The translations under genes were made by a program, and so were the position numbers. 64,000 nt of DNA from Orbicella franksi. Its lineage: Eukaryota. The stretch is taken from NCBI GenBank assembly GCA_964199315.1, contig OZ116701.1, forward strand, positions 868,001-932,000, in the 5' to 3' direction. Positions 24,301 through 37,000 of this stretch are shown one piece after another. The notes beneath the pieces were generated by a model, which made no database searches, was not told the DNA's origin, and saw only the letters and a list, made by a program, of their open reading frames with translations. Numbering within the stretch: the first letter of the stretch is position 1; every line of letters starts with the position of its first letter.

Positions 24301-25689
24301 ACTTGTGCATGAATTTTCTAGGTTTCTTTATTCAAACATATATACACACTGCGTGGAGGGCTCTCATTGAACGCATATTACTTTCAGGGTATTGTTTGAT
24401 ACTTGTTCGTACTAAAGTGAGGGCAATTGGAAACAAAAAAATAAAAAAACCAGAAGCCATGCATTATACTGTCAAACAACACGGAAATCTGAGAACAAGA
24501 GAGAACTAACACGAGCTGCAGGCGAGTGTTTGCTAAGTTTCTGAAATTTTCTCAAAAAACCGAGTTAGCGTTTCAAGAGCAGTTTAAGACAACATTATAG
24601 CATCATGTCTGTTTAACTTCAGACTGAGGATATGAATTTTAAAAATGAACAACATTTTTTTTTGTTTCATACAATTATAACGCCGAGCTTCCTATCGAAT
24701 CAGAATGAACTGTATTATTTAAGTGGCCTTGTATTTGTTATTCTATCTTAAAATTGTCTGCTTTCTTTTTAATTTTCCAGGACACGAAGCTTCCGCAGAC
24801 AAGAAAACGACGCTCAACTGTCTACTTTGGTCTAGTTGTTATGGTTATGGAGATTTTGACATTAACATGGTAAACGAAAATGTGAAATTTATTTTGACTG
24901 ATTACATTTCAGTGTAAGTATGTGAAATATGCGTGCATTTATAGTCAGGCTTCGCTAAACTAGCAACATTGTTGCGTAGGCAAATATTTTGAATGCTTTT
25001 TTTTTTGCTTGCACTGCCGGCTTTTCTTCCTTCTGCGATTTGTTTTTCCACCCAAAATAATGGGGGGTGGGGGGGGGGGAGGGGGGGCTGCTCCCCTAGA
25101 TCCACCACTGCAGTGGTTAACCGCGAAGTTGAAGTAGAACCGAACTTTAAGTAGGTCATAGAAAAGAAAAGAGAAGGGAAATAAGGAAAGGATTTGGAAG
25201 GACGAGGGGAGAGAGAGTGTTACTCATTGCCTTGTATGATTGTTTTTGGGCTGTAGCTCATGAAGACTGCATGAATACGGACAAAAAGGAGGTGGCTTAC
25301 TACCGATACACAGATGTTAGAGAATGACATAGTGGTATCACAACGGACAATTACGAAAGCTTTATGTCTAGCTTGTGTTGCTGACTGCTCTTTCACCTTG
25401 AGAAATTGGTTTGTTAAACAGAATATCATGAGATCAACTGTATTGAGAAAATATCCCTTCTCCCTATATTCCAGGATGGCACTTAGCTTGAGTAAATTTG
25501 TCTGAGAACTGAAAACATTAAGGTAATCCTTTGGTTTGTATGAATATTCTTCATGGATTTTCAATTGTATAAGTTGCATACATTGGTGTTATTATAAATA
25601 TTCAATAGCTAGAGAATGTGACCACTGATTCAGTGGTAAACGATCATAGCTCTATCGGGAAAGAATATACTTTATTTTCCGCCAAACTT

Positions 25690-25737
25690 TTGATTTATTG
25701 ATTTATTGATTTATTGATTTATTGATTTATTGATTTA
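25690..25737. repeat. (TTGATTTA)x6 microsatellite
   Basis: Direct reading. Confidence 0.9.
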
Positions 25738-26673
25738 AAAATGAAGCTAAAATCGTTGTTTCTGAAACCATTTGAAACCTGGCTTTGCGTTTCTAAGTAT
25801 AAATTCATTGTAATAGTATGTACTACAGTGTAAGTAGTGATTTGAAGTAAAAAAAAAACAAACAAACTTGTCGTAGCGATATCTAACAGGCTAAGAATGC
25901 AACCACTAGAACTGAGTGTGAATAATTTACTTTTGGTTAATACTATTTTTCTCAGATAGCACTTCCTTTCAGGTGTTGCACTTATGTAAACAAACTTCAG
26001 TGCGTCAAATATGGGCCATTATCAACGAATAATTGACGATAATCCATTGAAATGAAGTAGATATGGGTAAAGAAGTAAATAATTTTACCGTTAACAGAGT
26101 ATTTTTGAAAATGTATTATCAGCGTTTAACTTGTGCTCGTACAACGTGACTTTTCTAATGAGCTATTTTGTTGTCATTAAGTCGCTTTTTCGTCTGCAAC
26201 ACGCAATTAGTGGCCGGCTAAGACAACGAAGCATAAAACCTGGTTAACTTCGAATATCGTGAACTATATACGTCATTGAAATTTAAAGTTAAATGAAGCT
26301 CAGTCGTAAAGTGGCTACAAACTGGTGATCAAATGCGATTACTACTGAAAGTTTACTTCTGTCGGATTAGCCGCACGAAAGACAAAGATGAAAACCAAGG
26401 CTCCTGTTTGTTTAAATTTCACACAGTCCGGCAAAGAGTGATGTTTCTTTGACACTGGTAAGTATCCGCTGTTTAATCTATTTGACTTGAGCGCACTTGA
26501 CCAGTTCAAATAAGATTTCGACTTCTAGCACTTTTGGTGGCCTTTGTTCAGAGCCATGAGCGCTCAGTCAACTTGGCGTCTGTAAAGTAAAACTGCTCTT
26601 TAAGGAAGCCCCGTTTAGAGAAAGAGACTTCACAGTTCAGTAGCCCTTAATTACCCATAAAGGTCTAACTTAC

Positions 26674-26694
26674 CTTAACGAAAACTTCATTCAT
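26674..26694 (-). CDS. Candidate first coding mini-exon of gene B (MNEVFVK)
   Basis: caacATG, then 7 codons ending at a perfect phase-0 AAG|gtaagt donor, compatible with the phase-0 acceptor at 21396. In-frame TAA just upstream. No homology support. Confidence 0.3.
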
Positions 26695-29600
26695 GTTGAA
26701 TGCTTATCTCGTCCGCATCCATCGGGTAAACGGAAGCGCAAAATCCTTTCCTTTAAGCGAAAACACAACCAACAGGCTTTTACCATTTGCCAGTAAATAT
26801 CCAGAGCCATTCATTGGCATTATTTAGACATTAGTTGGCTTAATACTCGCGCGTCATGCCATTCCCGACAATCTCGCCTTTCTTTGATACGATACTGAAT
26901 TGATTATCCCGAGCTTTGCATGTGGTTACCATGTACAGCTCATGGGAAACATTTATTCTGCTAAGATACCGAATCAACAAAGCGCCAAATTTGGGTCTTA
27001 TTTGCATGACAGGAAAAAAAACCTTGTTCTTTAGTACCTCAAAACAAATTGAACACGCAAATAACTCCCGAGGGGATAGCAAACAATCGCTGGCCTTTCG
27101 AAACTCGAAAGCAATAGAAGAGGACTACATTTAAAATCAATTAAAATCAGAGGCGATATCTTTCAGCCAATATCGTGGTCCAGTTTTGGGGCCTAATTAC
27201 ACAATACAAATCATCAAATCTTGACACCTAATAAGCCAGCTGCCAAATACTAGGCAACAGACAAGGGTCAGGAACATGATTACCCCGTGAAAACATTATT
27301 TTCGTTCCTTTGTTGAAAACAAAGTTGTATGAAGAGAGTTCTAAGAGGAGTGGGGGTGGTAAATAAATCCCAGTTCCAGGCCTATTTTCTCCCAACTCCC
27401 ACGGGCAGTCCCAGGGTTGAAATTAGAGAAAAATCCCAGTGCAGGAGAAATCAGAGCACAAACGCTCTATATGTACAGTTAATGTCTTGTTAAAATGGTT
27501 CTGTATCATGTATTTATTGTTGGATGCTATCATTATTAACAACAAGAGTTAATCGATGAATGCCGCCATATTTCATTGAGCACCGCTGATTGTATTGTAA
27601 AATCACCGACAAGGAAGACTGGAAAAACACTGAGCGACACCCTGTGTGTCGTACATACGTACATAGGGTGCGTTGCTATCGTTTTTAGCCATGTTTTAGC
27701 TGCTCCATGACTTAAGGGATGTTGTTAGGTTACCGTTTTTTAGAGATGTTAGAAGGGATATTCATTTCCATATATTAGCCTCCTCCAGTTATTTGGGGTG
27801 AAGAGCGAAAACATGGCGCACGAAAAAATAGGGGAGAAGCGCGGCGGAAGAAGGCGAAAGAAATCGTTCGCTCCTCGCGTCAAGCCCTTTTCTCCTTTTT
27901 CCGCTCGCCGTTTTTCGCGCTGCGTCCCAACTTACTGAACGGCTGGAGGAGTCTACTTGATATCATTTACCATGCAACCTTTTTCGCTTTCCTAAGGGCA
28001 GTGAGGCTGGGACAGAAAGGAAAATGTCGTTCCTTTGTTACACTGAGATCTCGCTAATAAGTAAGGGGATTCACCCACCATTCCACAGGTCATTAAGTGA
28101 TTAAGTCTAATTGTTTGAGTGTAACTCACTAACTTGTCTTTGAGGTAAAGAAAATCCATCAAAATTATGGATCCTATATTGACAAGAAAAAAACCTGTAC
28201 GCATTCCCTGCGTGCGTACATTCTATCGAGGGACAGTTGTAGATGGCATAACACTTCCCTATCAAACAGACTATCTCTGATAAAATGAAGTCGCCTTATA
28301 TGCCCGGCTATAAAACATGTATCCCTCAAACTATAACACAGCACATAAAATGATTATCAACATTCAACTGGGAGCTGGTTTTTGTGTTCGCAGAATTTAA
28401 TGGTTTTTGACGTATAAAATTTGTACTTACAAAAATCTTGGTGAAAACGAACTAAAAATCCCACCAGTGCTTCCTCATAAGGGAATAGGTTTCTGGAAGT
28501 ATTTGCGAATCAGCAAATTTTGACTTACATAACTAGCCAAATTATTAGCCTTTTCCAAACTCGAAAGAAAGGTAGGCACGAGTTTATAAATTTAATCAAA
28601 TTTGGAAATGAACCCCAACGCAAGAGCGGTGACATTACAATGAACAGATTGATTAAGTTGGCCAAAATCCTTTACTTCAATCATCCAATGAAACATCACC
28701 AAACTTGTTCTGGTGTAGTGATTTCGTTATCAGATAAAATTTACACACTCGAGCTTGCTGCTTTTTTCGAATTAAAGAAACCTACTAAGTCAACATACAG
28801 GGAAGAAAGCGGCACCGCCAAGCAAGGTCCTTAACATTCACTTGAAAAACAACAGAACGCTCATCTTTAATACAAAAACAAATATCTCCTTCCGGGATAA
28901 ACTTTGTGATAAATATTTCTCAATTACGTGGAGATATCAAGCTGCAAAATGAAAACAAAGTATAAAAGCTATCATAATTAAATTTTTGTGAAAAGTAACT
29001 TCCACTAGCGTACAATAAATATATTGTATTGTCAAGAACGGCCTTTAGGCCCTTATACAAAGACCGCTGATCCGAGTTCGCTTTCTGACCCTGTCAACCC
29101 AGTGAATAACTAACCGTATTACCGGTCAATAATTTACTGTAACACCTAACACAATCTTATATTTACACTACTACGATTTGGCACTCAAGTGCCATCACAG
29201 AACAAAAATATGAACATTATATTAAATAATCAATTATTAATTCAAAATAGAGGAAAATGGAAATATTATTATCGGGCACCAAAAACAAACGCGTTTTTTT
29301 ACGGTCCCATTCTATTTACGTTAAACTTGTGCCAGAGATTGGTTTTTGTTGAGGTCACCCAACAAATTAATTTATAATTAGTTTATAACGTTCCTGAAGA
29401 AAATTATTTCAGATTTGTCTTCGTTGCCCACAGCTCAAAAAAAGGCTAACGGCACGGCAGTGGGCAAATCAACATCTCTTCAATTTCAGTTTTTTTGCCA
29501 GACATTAACACACAGAAGGTTCACTGACACAGCTATTGCAGATATCTACGGCAGCCTTGCACAGGTTATCAAAAAACACCTTGTTTGAACCCAAGCTAAC

Positions 29601-29754
29601 GGTAAAACAGCGGTTGCAACAGGAATCAATCTGTTAGCGATATTTACTTCTGATTGTCCGGCCAAACAACTACTCAAACTGCTATAACTATTATTGTACT
29701 GACTTGACATAACTATTTCCACTTGACTTAAGGGCAGCCTGTCAAACTTTCCTC

Positions 29755-29760
29755 TTTATT
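29755..29760 (-). terminator. Candidate polyadenylation signal (AATAAA) for gene A
   Basis: First canonical AATAAA I found on the minus strand downstream of the stop, about 870 nt away. Confidence 0.25.
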
Positions 29761-30626
29761 ACGAAGAAATCATCGAATTGCCTTCCACTGCTAAGATAAA
29801 ATGCAGCTATTTGTGCCAAAAACGTTACGCTACCTTTGACTTCAGAAATTATCAATTGCAGCATTGCTTTTATCCTACTTATACAAATGTTAATTTAAAC
29901 TGTAACAATTTGTTGCCTTTTAATTGCGAAATATGCCGCCTTATTCACGGAAGGCGTTGTGCAATAAGGAAAACACAATTGAATTATTAGATAATCTGAA
30001 AGTCGGTTCACTAAATTAACCATAATGGCTATTATACCAGATGCTTCAGAAGTAACTTTTAGGAATTTCAATCTGAAGCTACCTTCAAATAGCATAGAGG
30101 CAAACCGCAAAAATGCAATACCTTTCTAAATGCACTGCTTCGCGCCAGCTACGGTCAAACAATAACAAAAATATTTCTAAGTAATATTTACAAATAGGCA
30201 TTGGCCTTTTGTTATTTTTAATGTATAAAATATACGGCATGCAGCCGCGGGACAACTGCGATGCCGCACAGCGGATTCACACTTTTGAAGCTTCTGTCAT
30301 AGGGGCATAACAAGCCATCTTCAGAGGGATCCTCAAGGGTAAGGTCCTCGATCTTCCTAAAGTCTCGCGGGCTCCAAGTGGTATCATCTGGCATTCATTA
30401 GTACTGCATTTGCGCGACATTCAACTGTGCCGAACTTGCTCCCGATGTCCTTTTCGCAGAAAACAGTTTAGCAAACGACCCAATGAGCTTAACGGTTTGG
30501 TTCTCATTAATTTTGAGTTTCAACGCTTTGCATTTTTAAATGTGACGCTCCATGTCACCAAGCCTAGAAGTTACTGTGATACAAAACGATGGCGGTGACC
30601 AGTGAAGTGTTGCAGGCGCCTGCTCG

Positions 30627-31867
30627 CTAACAATTCACACTCAGAGTGTTTGGCGAAGGTTTAGTTTTCTCGTCCACCACAGTCAAGGTAGCGGGCATAT
30701 CATTCTCGGTGTTTCCATTATCCTTGGTATTTTCCTCGTCGTTGTTTTCCTCCACTGCTGGCTCAATGTTGTGTCGCTTGGCCTGATTCAACCATAACAT
30801 CCCGATCACACGGGTGTTATCTTCCACTTGTCTTTCTCTCCATCCGTGACCTTTGTCCTTTTCCGAGGTCAACTCATCATACGGGTGAAACGCTCCGCCT
30901 TTACAAATTCTTAACCTTCTCTTCAGCAAGAAAATCCTTATTGCCTTTTGAATCGTCACCGCTGCCTTTATTTCAAATTTATGCTGCTCGGGAAGCGAGC
31001 CGATTGTCGCTTCTTTCTTTCGCATGTTTTGGAAGCGTTCTTCCAAGCGCTCCACTAACATCACCATTTCTTCTTCCTCGTGTCCTTCTACGCCTCCCAT
31101 TGCACGCCTGACAAGAGCTTGCATAACATCCAACAAATAAATTTTATAGTCCGTCTTAATTGGCACCTCCAACTCGCCAAAGAGGTGCCTATTTGGTTTT
31201 GGAATCTGTAGCGGTGGCTCTAAGGCGTCCAGGAAATCACTGAGTTGATTTAGAGAAATATAGTGCGTGGCTTTGGGATCAAATTCTTCCCACACTTGAA
31301 TAAAAGTTTCTAGATCGTCATCGGTCACGCCGATCTCTTCCTGTTGCTGTGCCTCGTTGAAATTCTCTAAGATAACTGCTATGTACATGTTGATGATAAT
31401 CAAGAAAATAATAAGAATGTAACTAACAAAGAAAAAGACAGCGAGAAAACGATTCCCGCAGTTGCCATTTAGTCCGCCATTGTCTAAATCTGGGTTACAG
31501 TCCGGCGGTGATACCATGAGCGGGTCAAGAATTGTATTCCAGCCCGCGGCCGTCCCGACGCGAAATAACAAAAGCATAGAGTTCCCGAAAGTCTCAAAAT
31601 TCACCACGTCCGTAATGCCGTTGGTCTTTTTGACGTATCCGAACGAAGACATTCCAATTATGGCGTAAATGAATATAATCAGGCATAACAACATGGCGAT
31701 GTTGACCAGGCCGGGCAGTGATTTGACAAGAGCAAACAGCAGGCGGCGAACGCCTTTTGCGCCTTCGAAGAAACGTAGCAGTCTTCCAAGTCGAAATACC
31801 CTCACAACTCGCAGCAAGCCTGGTGAGAGAATCATGTCCTTCTGTAGCACATCTTCAACAATAATAC
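30627..31867 (-). CDS. Nav2.5: Gene A exon 22, DIV S3-S6 and C-terminus (filter A at 31545-31547, IQ motif)
   Basis: [20 protein letters not shown]; [10 protein letters not shown]; [12 protein letters not shown]; stop at 30627. Confidence 0.96.
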
Positions 31868-34019
31868 CTGACAGAAACAGGACAAAAAAAGGCGAGTAAA
31901 TCAACCTTGAAGTCTGAACTCTGGAGCGTCGCACAAGGGTGACCGATGCGATATAACCCACAATAAACCCCTACGACACATACTCCGCATTTAACACTAA
32001 CTCTCCACACTTACTGACTCCACACTTCACCCTTCACACTCCACATTTCACACTTAAGACACACTCCACACGCAACGTTTCACGTTTAACACTCTACATT
32101 CTACATTCTAAATGATGATCCTCGCCCCATATTCCACCCATCCACTTTCTTAAAGAAGAAATAAACTACGACTCTCACGGCTCCTATTTAAAACTGTTTG
32201 AAAACGGTCATCAAAAGACCACAGGCAGAAAGTGCCGCATTAACAGGGCTGTCAGCATTAATCGGCAGCTAATATCAGAGAAAGAGTGAACAGCTTGGTT
32301 TTAAAAATAGCGCTGTAACCAGGATAAGACATTCAAAACGTTCTCTAGGTGAAAAGATTAACAACATAAGCTTTCGGCTATCAGTTTATAGCCTTTAAAG
32401 AAGGCCTTAACGCACTTTAACTTAACTGGGAAAAAAATACGGTTCGTCATCAACGAGTATCCCTAAAGTGGGGTTCAAATTGTTTAAACGGTAAAACACA
32501 CAAAAAAAACAGGGATGAATGCTTGACGTGGCGACCTCTTTTCCCACAAGGCTAGAATAACTCCAAATAAAAATAAATTAATGATAGAAAATTCACGCGC
32601 CACTTGTGACGATCAACTCACCGACAATGGAGAAAACCACTATGATGAAGTCGAACACATTCCAGCCGAGTTTAAAGTAGTCCAAGCGCATGGCAATCAG
32701 GCGAATGATTGCCTCTACAATGAAGATGCCAGTGAAGATATAGTTCAGATACCGTGATGGCCCCGAAACAAAAATCGAGCTCTGGTTAAGGAAAAAACAC
32801 TTCAGTTAACAGCTTAACCACATTCTTCACAAGGTCTGATGGAAATCGCTGGCAATCTGAAAAAGAGCCCTTTCAGGCTGGCCTAAATCTATATATTAGT
32901 GGTCCTGCACTTAGCTATACCAGCACTAAGTTTAGCTAGTTTACAGGCATGCCACTGAAACAAAGGAAACAAATATTTCAAATAAACGTAACTTAGTTAA
33001 AAATCCCAACTGGCAGGAGGCTGACCAGTTGGCTATTTACAAAGCGTGACCGAGGATTTGAACTCGGGACTACCGAAAAACGAATCCCGCAAGTGGCAGG
33101 GTGGAGGCCTTGAACTCGGGACCTCCGGGTTACGACACCAGCGTCCTAAACCACTGGGTCACGCTGCCTCCGATGAATGTTCAAGCCAGTGTTAATTGGT
33201 TAAAAGGATATTGAGCGCAGCGGTAAAGTTCTCCGTTTGATTGTTGTGTTCCATCATCATGGTAACCATGTTAATAAGAATCACCGACATGATGAACACT
33301 TCGAACTTCTTTTGTAGGATCAAGTCAAACAGCCAGGCACGAAACTTGTTCTGAAACAAGAAAAAGAAAAGTCAAGCTAAGTGTCACGAAAACTATACAT
33401 GTACTACAACTGACAATAGACCGGTTTCATCTGAGTATTGTTAAATTAAAACAAGTACAATTGCAGAACACAAGCATTGTACACAACACTCTGAACCAAT
33501 GGGAACCCGAGGTCAGTATACGTTTTTTCGTTCGCGGGAAAAAGATTAAGTCACTAGGTCACGATTGGTCGTTTCTGTTTGTATCTGACTGGTCGAATAG
33601 GAGGCGAGAGTTTTTTTTAAACCAATCACAAAGCAACAATATTGTGACTTCATATCGGTTCCCACCCATTGTGCGTGGGTTGTTTAACAACAGACCTGAG
33701 GTCTCTTGAACTGCTTCCGCGGTTTCCTGTAATAAGTTTTCTTGAGGGTGTTCACCCAGCTTCTCTGGCCTGGTGTTAAAAACATTCCAAGTGCACCGCT
33801 GTCTTCATACTAAGAAAGAAGGATAAACGAGTTAAGCATGAGCGCAGGCAAACACTGAGAAACGCACGTAATACTTGAGTCGTTAGTGGAAACCAAGCTT
33901 AAGTCTATCCCTTAGCAATCATCAATCAGCCAACCAACCAACTTATCAATCAATCAATCAATCAAGCAAGCACAAAATTAGTTAGTCAGTCGGTCAAGCA
34001 AGCGAACGAGCAGTCAGCT

Positions 34020-34065
<46 letters not shown>

Positions 34066-37000
34066 TCAGTCAGTCAGTCAGTCAGTCAGTCAATCAGTTT
34101 CATTTTAAGTTTGAAAGTCTTATAAATAAAACAGGAGCATTTAAAGATACAATGTCATTAACTGAAAGCTTACCTGTTGTTTTAGGCGATTGAAGTTTTC
34201 GATGATGACTCCAATGAAGAGATTTAAAATAAAGAACGAACCCAGAATGATGAAAACAACATAGTAGAAGTAGGCGTAGAAACTGTTCTCGTACCTTGGC
34301 TGCTTGTAATGCTTAAGACAAATAAAACAATCAGTTATGCCATCATACGATCCAACGATATCAATACGAAACATAAAAGAAACGTGAGTTGACAGCAGCA
34401 TCGGAAAGGACACGTGATTAAAGTATACTTACTCCTACGCCATCCACAGAATCTTGCATGACTTCAAAAACGCCTTCTAATGTAGCCTGAAATAAAACAA
34501 AAATTTCCAGGTAATTGTTTTTCTATCGCGAAATTGCTGAATATGTCTTTACCTATAATCCATCAAACATTTTCCCTGGCACGCGATTGGTCTCAACGCG
34601 TTACGTGCCTGGATATTCCCCGGCTAAAACTGGGCAACATCTGAGTGGTATTCCCCAATAGATCAGGCGTGTTGCGAAAAGTATTTGAAGGATAATAAAT
34701 AAAATAGCCTTCATTTTACTTTAGGACATGTTCGGATACTTGTCTTTGGACATGATCTGTTCCTTAAAGCTCAAAGTTTTCGCCGAGCTTTGCTCTCAGA
34801 CAAATGTTCGCTACTCGAACAGATAATGCATGCGGAAAAATATCCGGGAATATTTTCGCGCCACATGGAGGCTACTGTTTATATAGCTCAGTCACTATAA
34901 TCATAATGTTCCGCTGCGTTACAGATGCAAGCAGGCCTTACAGGTCTTATGGTGCTAGCTGATTGAATAAGTAAGACATTTTCCAGCTAGATTATTAGTT
35001 CATTTAATTCTCCAAAACTATACACTTGACCTAGTTAGATATTTAAACAACAACGTTTACATTTTTACATCAGCTACTCTGACTATCCCCTTCCCTAAGG
35101 AAGGCGTAAAATACACGTAGTGTACTTTAGTGTCAGTTACTTTGTGCCAGTTTTCCATTTATATCTTAATGAACTTTATGATTTCGATTGAACGAAAAGG
35201 CAGCGCTGTAGGTGAGGGTATTTTTTTTTTAACATTTTTTTCTCAAATGATCTTAACCATCCTCCTAAACATTCGCTGATTTGCTTAATTCTCACTGGAA
35301 ATAGATGTTTGTCACCCTGTTGACCAGGTCTGATAACTTGAGATTAAGTTAGTCACGTGGGCGCCTTTAAGGTTGCACATCATCATCACCTTTGATTGTA
35401 AAGACTCACTTCGGCTGAGTCTGACGTTTTTCAATGAGAAATAAAGACTTCATTAATTCATTACAGGTGTAAACAAGGCAAGGCTAGTGGAAGCGAAAGC
35501 CACTTCTCTTCCAATTCTCCTATCCGTTTACGCCTGCTTTGAAGGTTATGAAGTTTATACGTACAACTTGAAACAAAGCCAAGAATCCTTGCAAGGAACT
35601 GTCGAAGTTGATTTTTGCATTCATCCAGCGCATGCCCAGGGACTCGTTACACTGCTCCTTATTCTCGACTATGTGCCAATCAAATATCTCCAAGGTTTTG
35701 TTATCAACGCATCTGTAGAATTTCCCGTTAAACAGCTGATAACCAACAATACTGAAGATGAGCCAGAAGATCAGGCACACCAGCATCACGTTCACGATCG
35801 CGGGAACAGCGTGCACCAACGAATTCACGACAATCTGCAACGGCAGCACAAAAAACTGTAAGCGCTTCCCGCTACGCAAGGAATGGTGATTTCTGTCTGT
35901 CATCTTATATTATAAAATGCAAATACCCCAAAATAGCAACACCAAATAACCCAAATTTTCCAATTTCAGGCGATCGCAAGTAAGAGAAAATGAACAATGA
36001 ATAGACATTTACTTGCGCTAACCTACCTTCATTCCCTCAAACCGCGAGATCGCTCTGAGAGGTCTTAAAGCTCTGAGAGATCTGAACGACTGCAGATTTT
36101 TGCTACCAGTAAGACTTGCGAGAGAGATCTACAAAGCAAGACAATGAAACAAACAATGTAAAAGAGTAGAACGCAGGTAATATATATGGGTTAGTGATTT
36201 CAGTTATGCCCTTGAAGTTGCCTGCTACTTGACTCTTTGATTTCGTGGCCTTCATATTCTGAGCGCCCGTGGAAGTCAATGTTTTAAGTAATTTAATTTA
36301 CACCAGGCAACAAAATGAGACGAAGCCTGCAAATACAGGCGTCTCTCTCCCGACAAACTATTCAGAAGCTGTAAGTGCGGCTGTAACCGCATACTTGCAA
36401 AGACATAAAATAAGGAGAAACAGGAAAGACCCAGATCACCAAGACAGACAACGAGAAACAGATGGCGATCAAAACAGACAGGAAACATGGAGAAAAAGCA
36501 TGGGATGGGCACCATAAAGAATGCTGTGTAGTCTGCAGCAACTTACCGCTACAATGAAACTGTCCAAACAGTTCCACAAGTTGGTAAAATAACCCACGAA
36601 ACCCATGCCGAGGATTTTAAGAAGCATTTCCACTGTAAAGATGATCGCAAATGAGAAGTTCATCACACCTAGCGCACTCTCCAGCAAAGGATTCTTTTTC
36701 AAATGGATGTCTTCAAACACCTGTAATAAGGAATTCGATTCAAATGAGGGCGAGTGCTCTCTCTAACCAGACGGAGATGCTGTTACTTCAGCCCCGAGTC
36801 ACACATGTAATCTCAGTCACTCAAATCAGAGAATCTTGTCTTACTATGAAAAAATGAATAAACTTTGCAAGTGTCAGAGGTATTTGACTTGTGCAGCTAT
36901 TTGTGGATACACCTTACATTAGAAAAAATGACAATAAATTCACTATGTTAAAAGAATAAGCTGTCAAGATGTCGTTTCCTATGCTGGTCAGAGCAAATAT

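Noticed and set aside
33100-33171. tRNA gene (also 15900-15969 and about 38600-38640)
   Set aside because: The tRNA-like heads are fused to shared SINE bodies, are degenerate, and give no clean cloverleaf.
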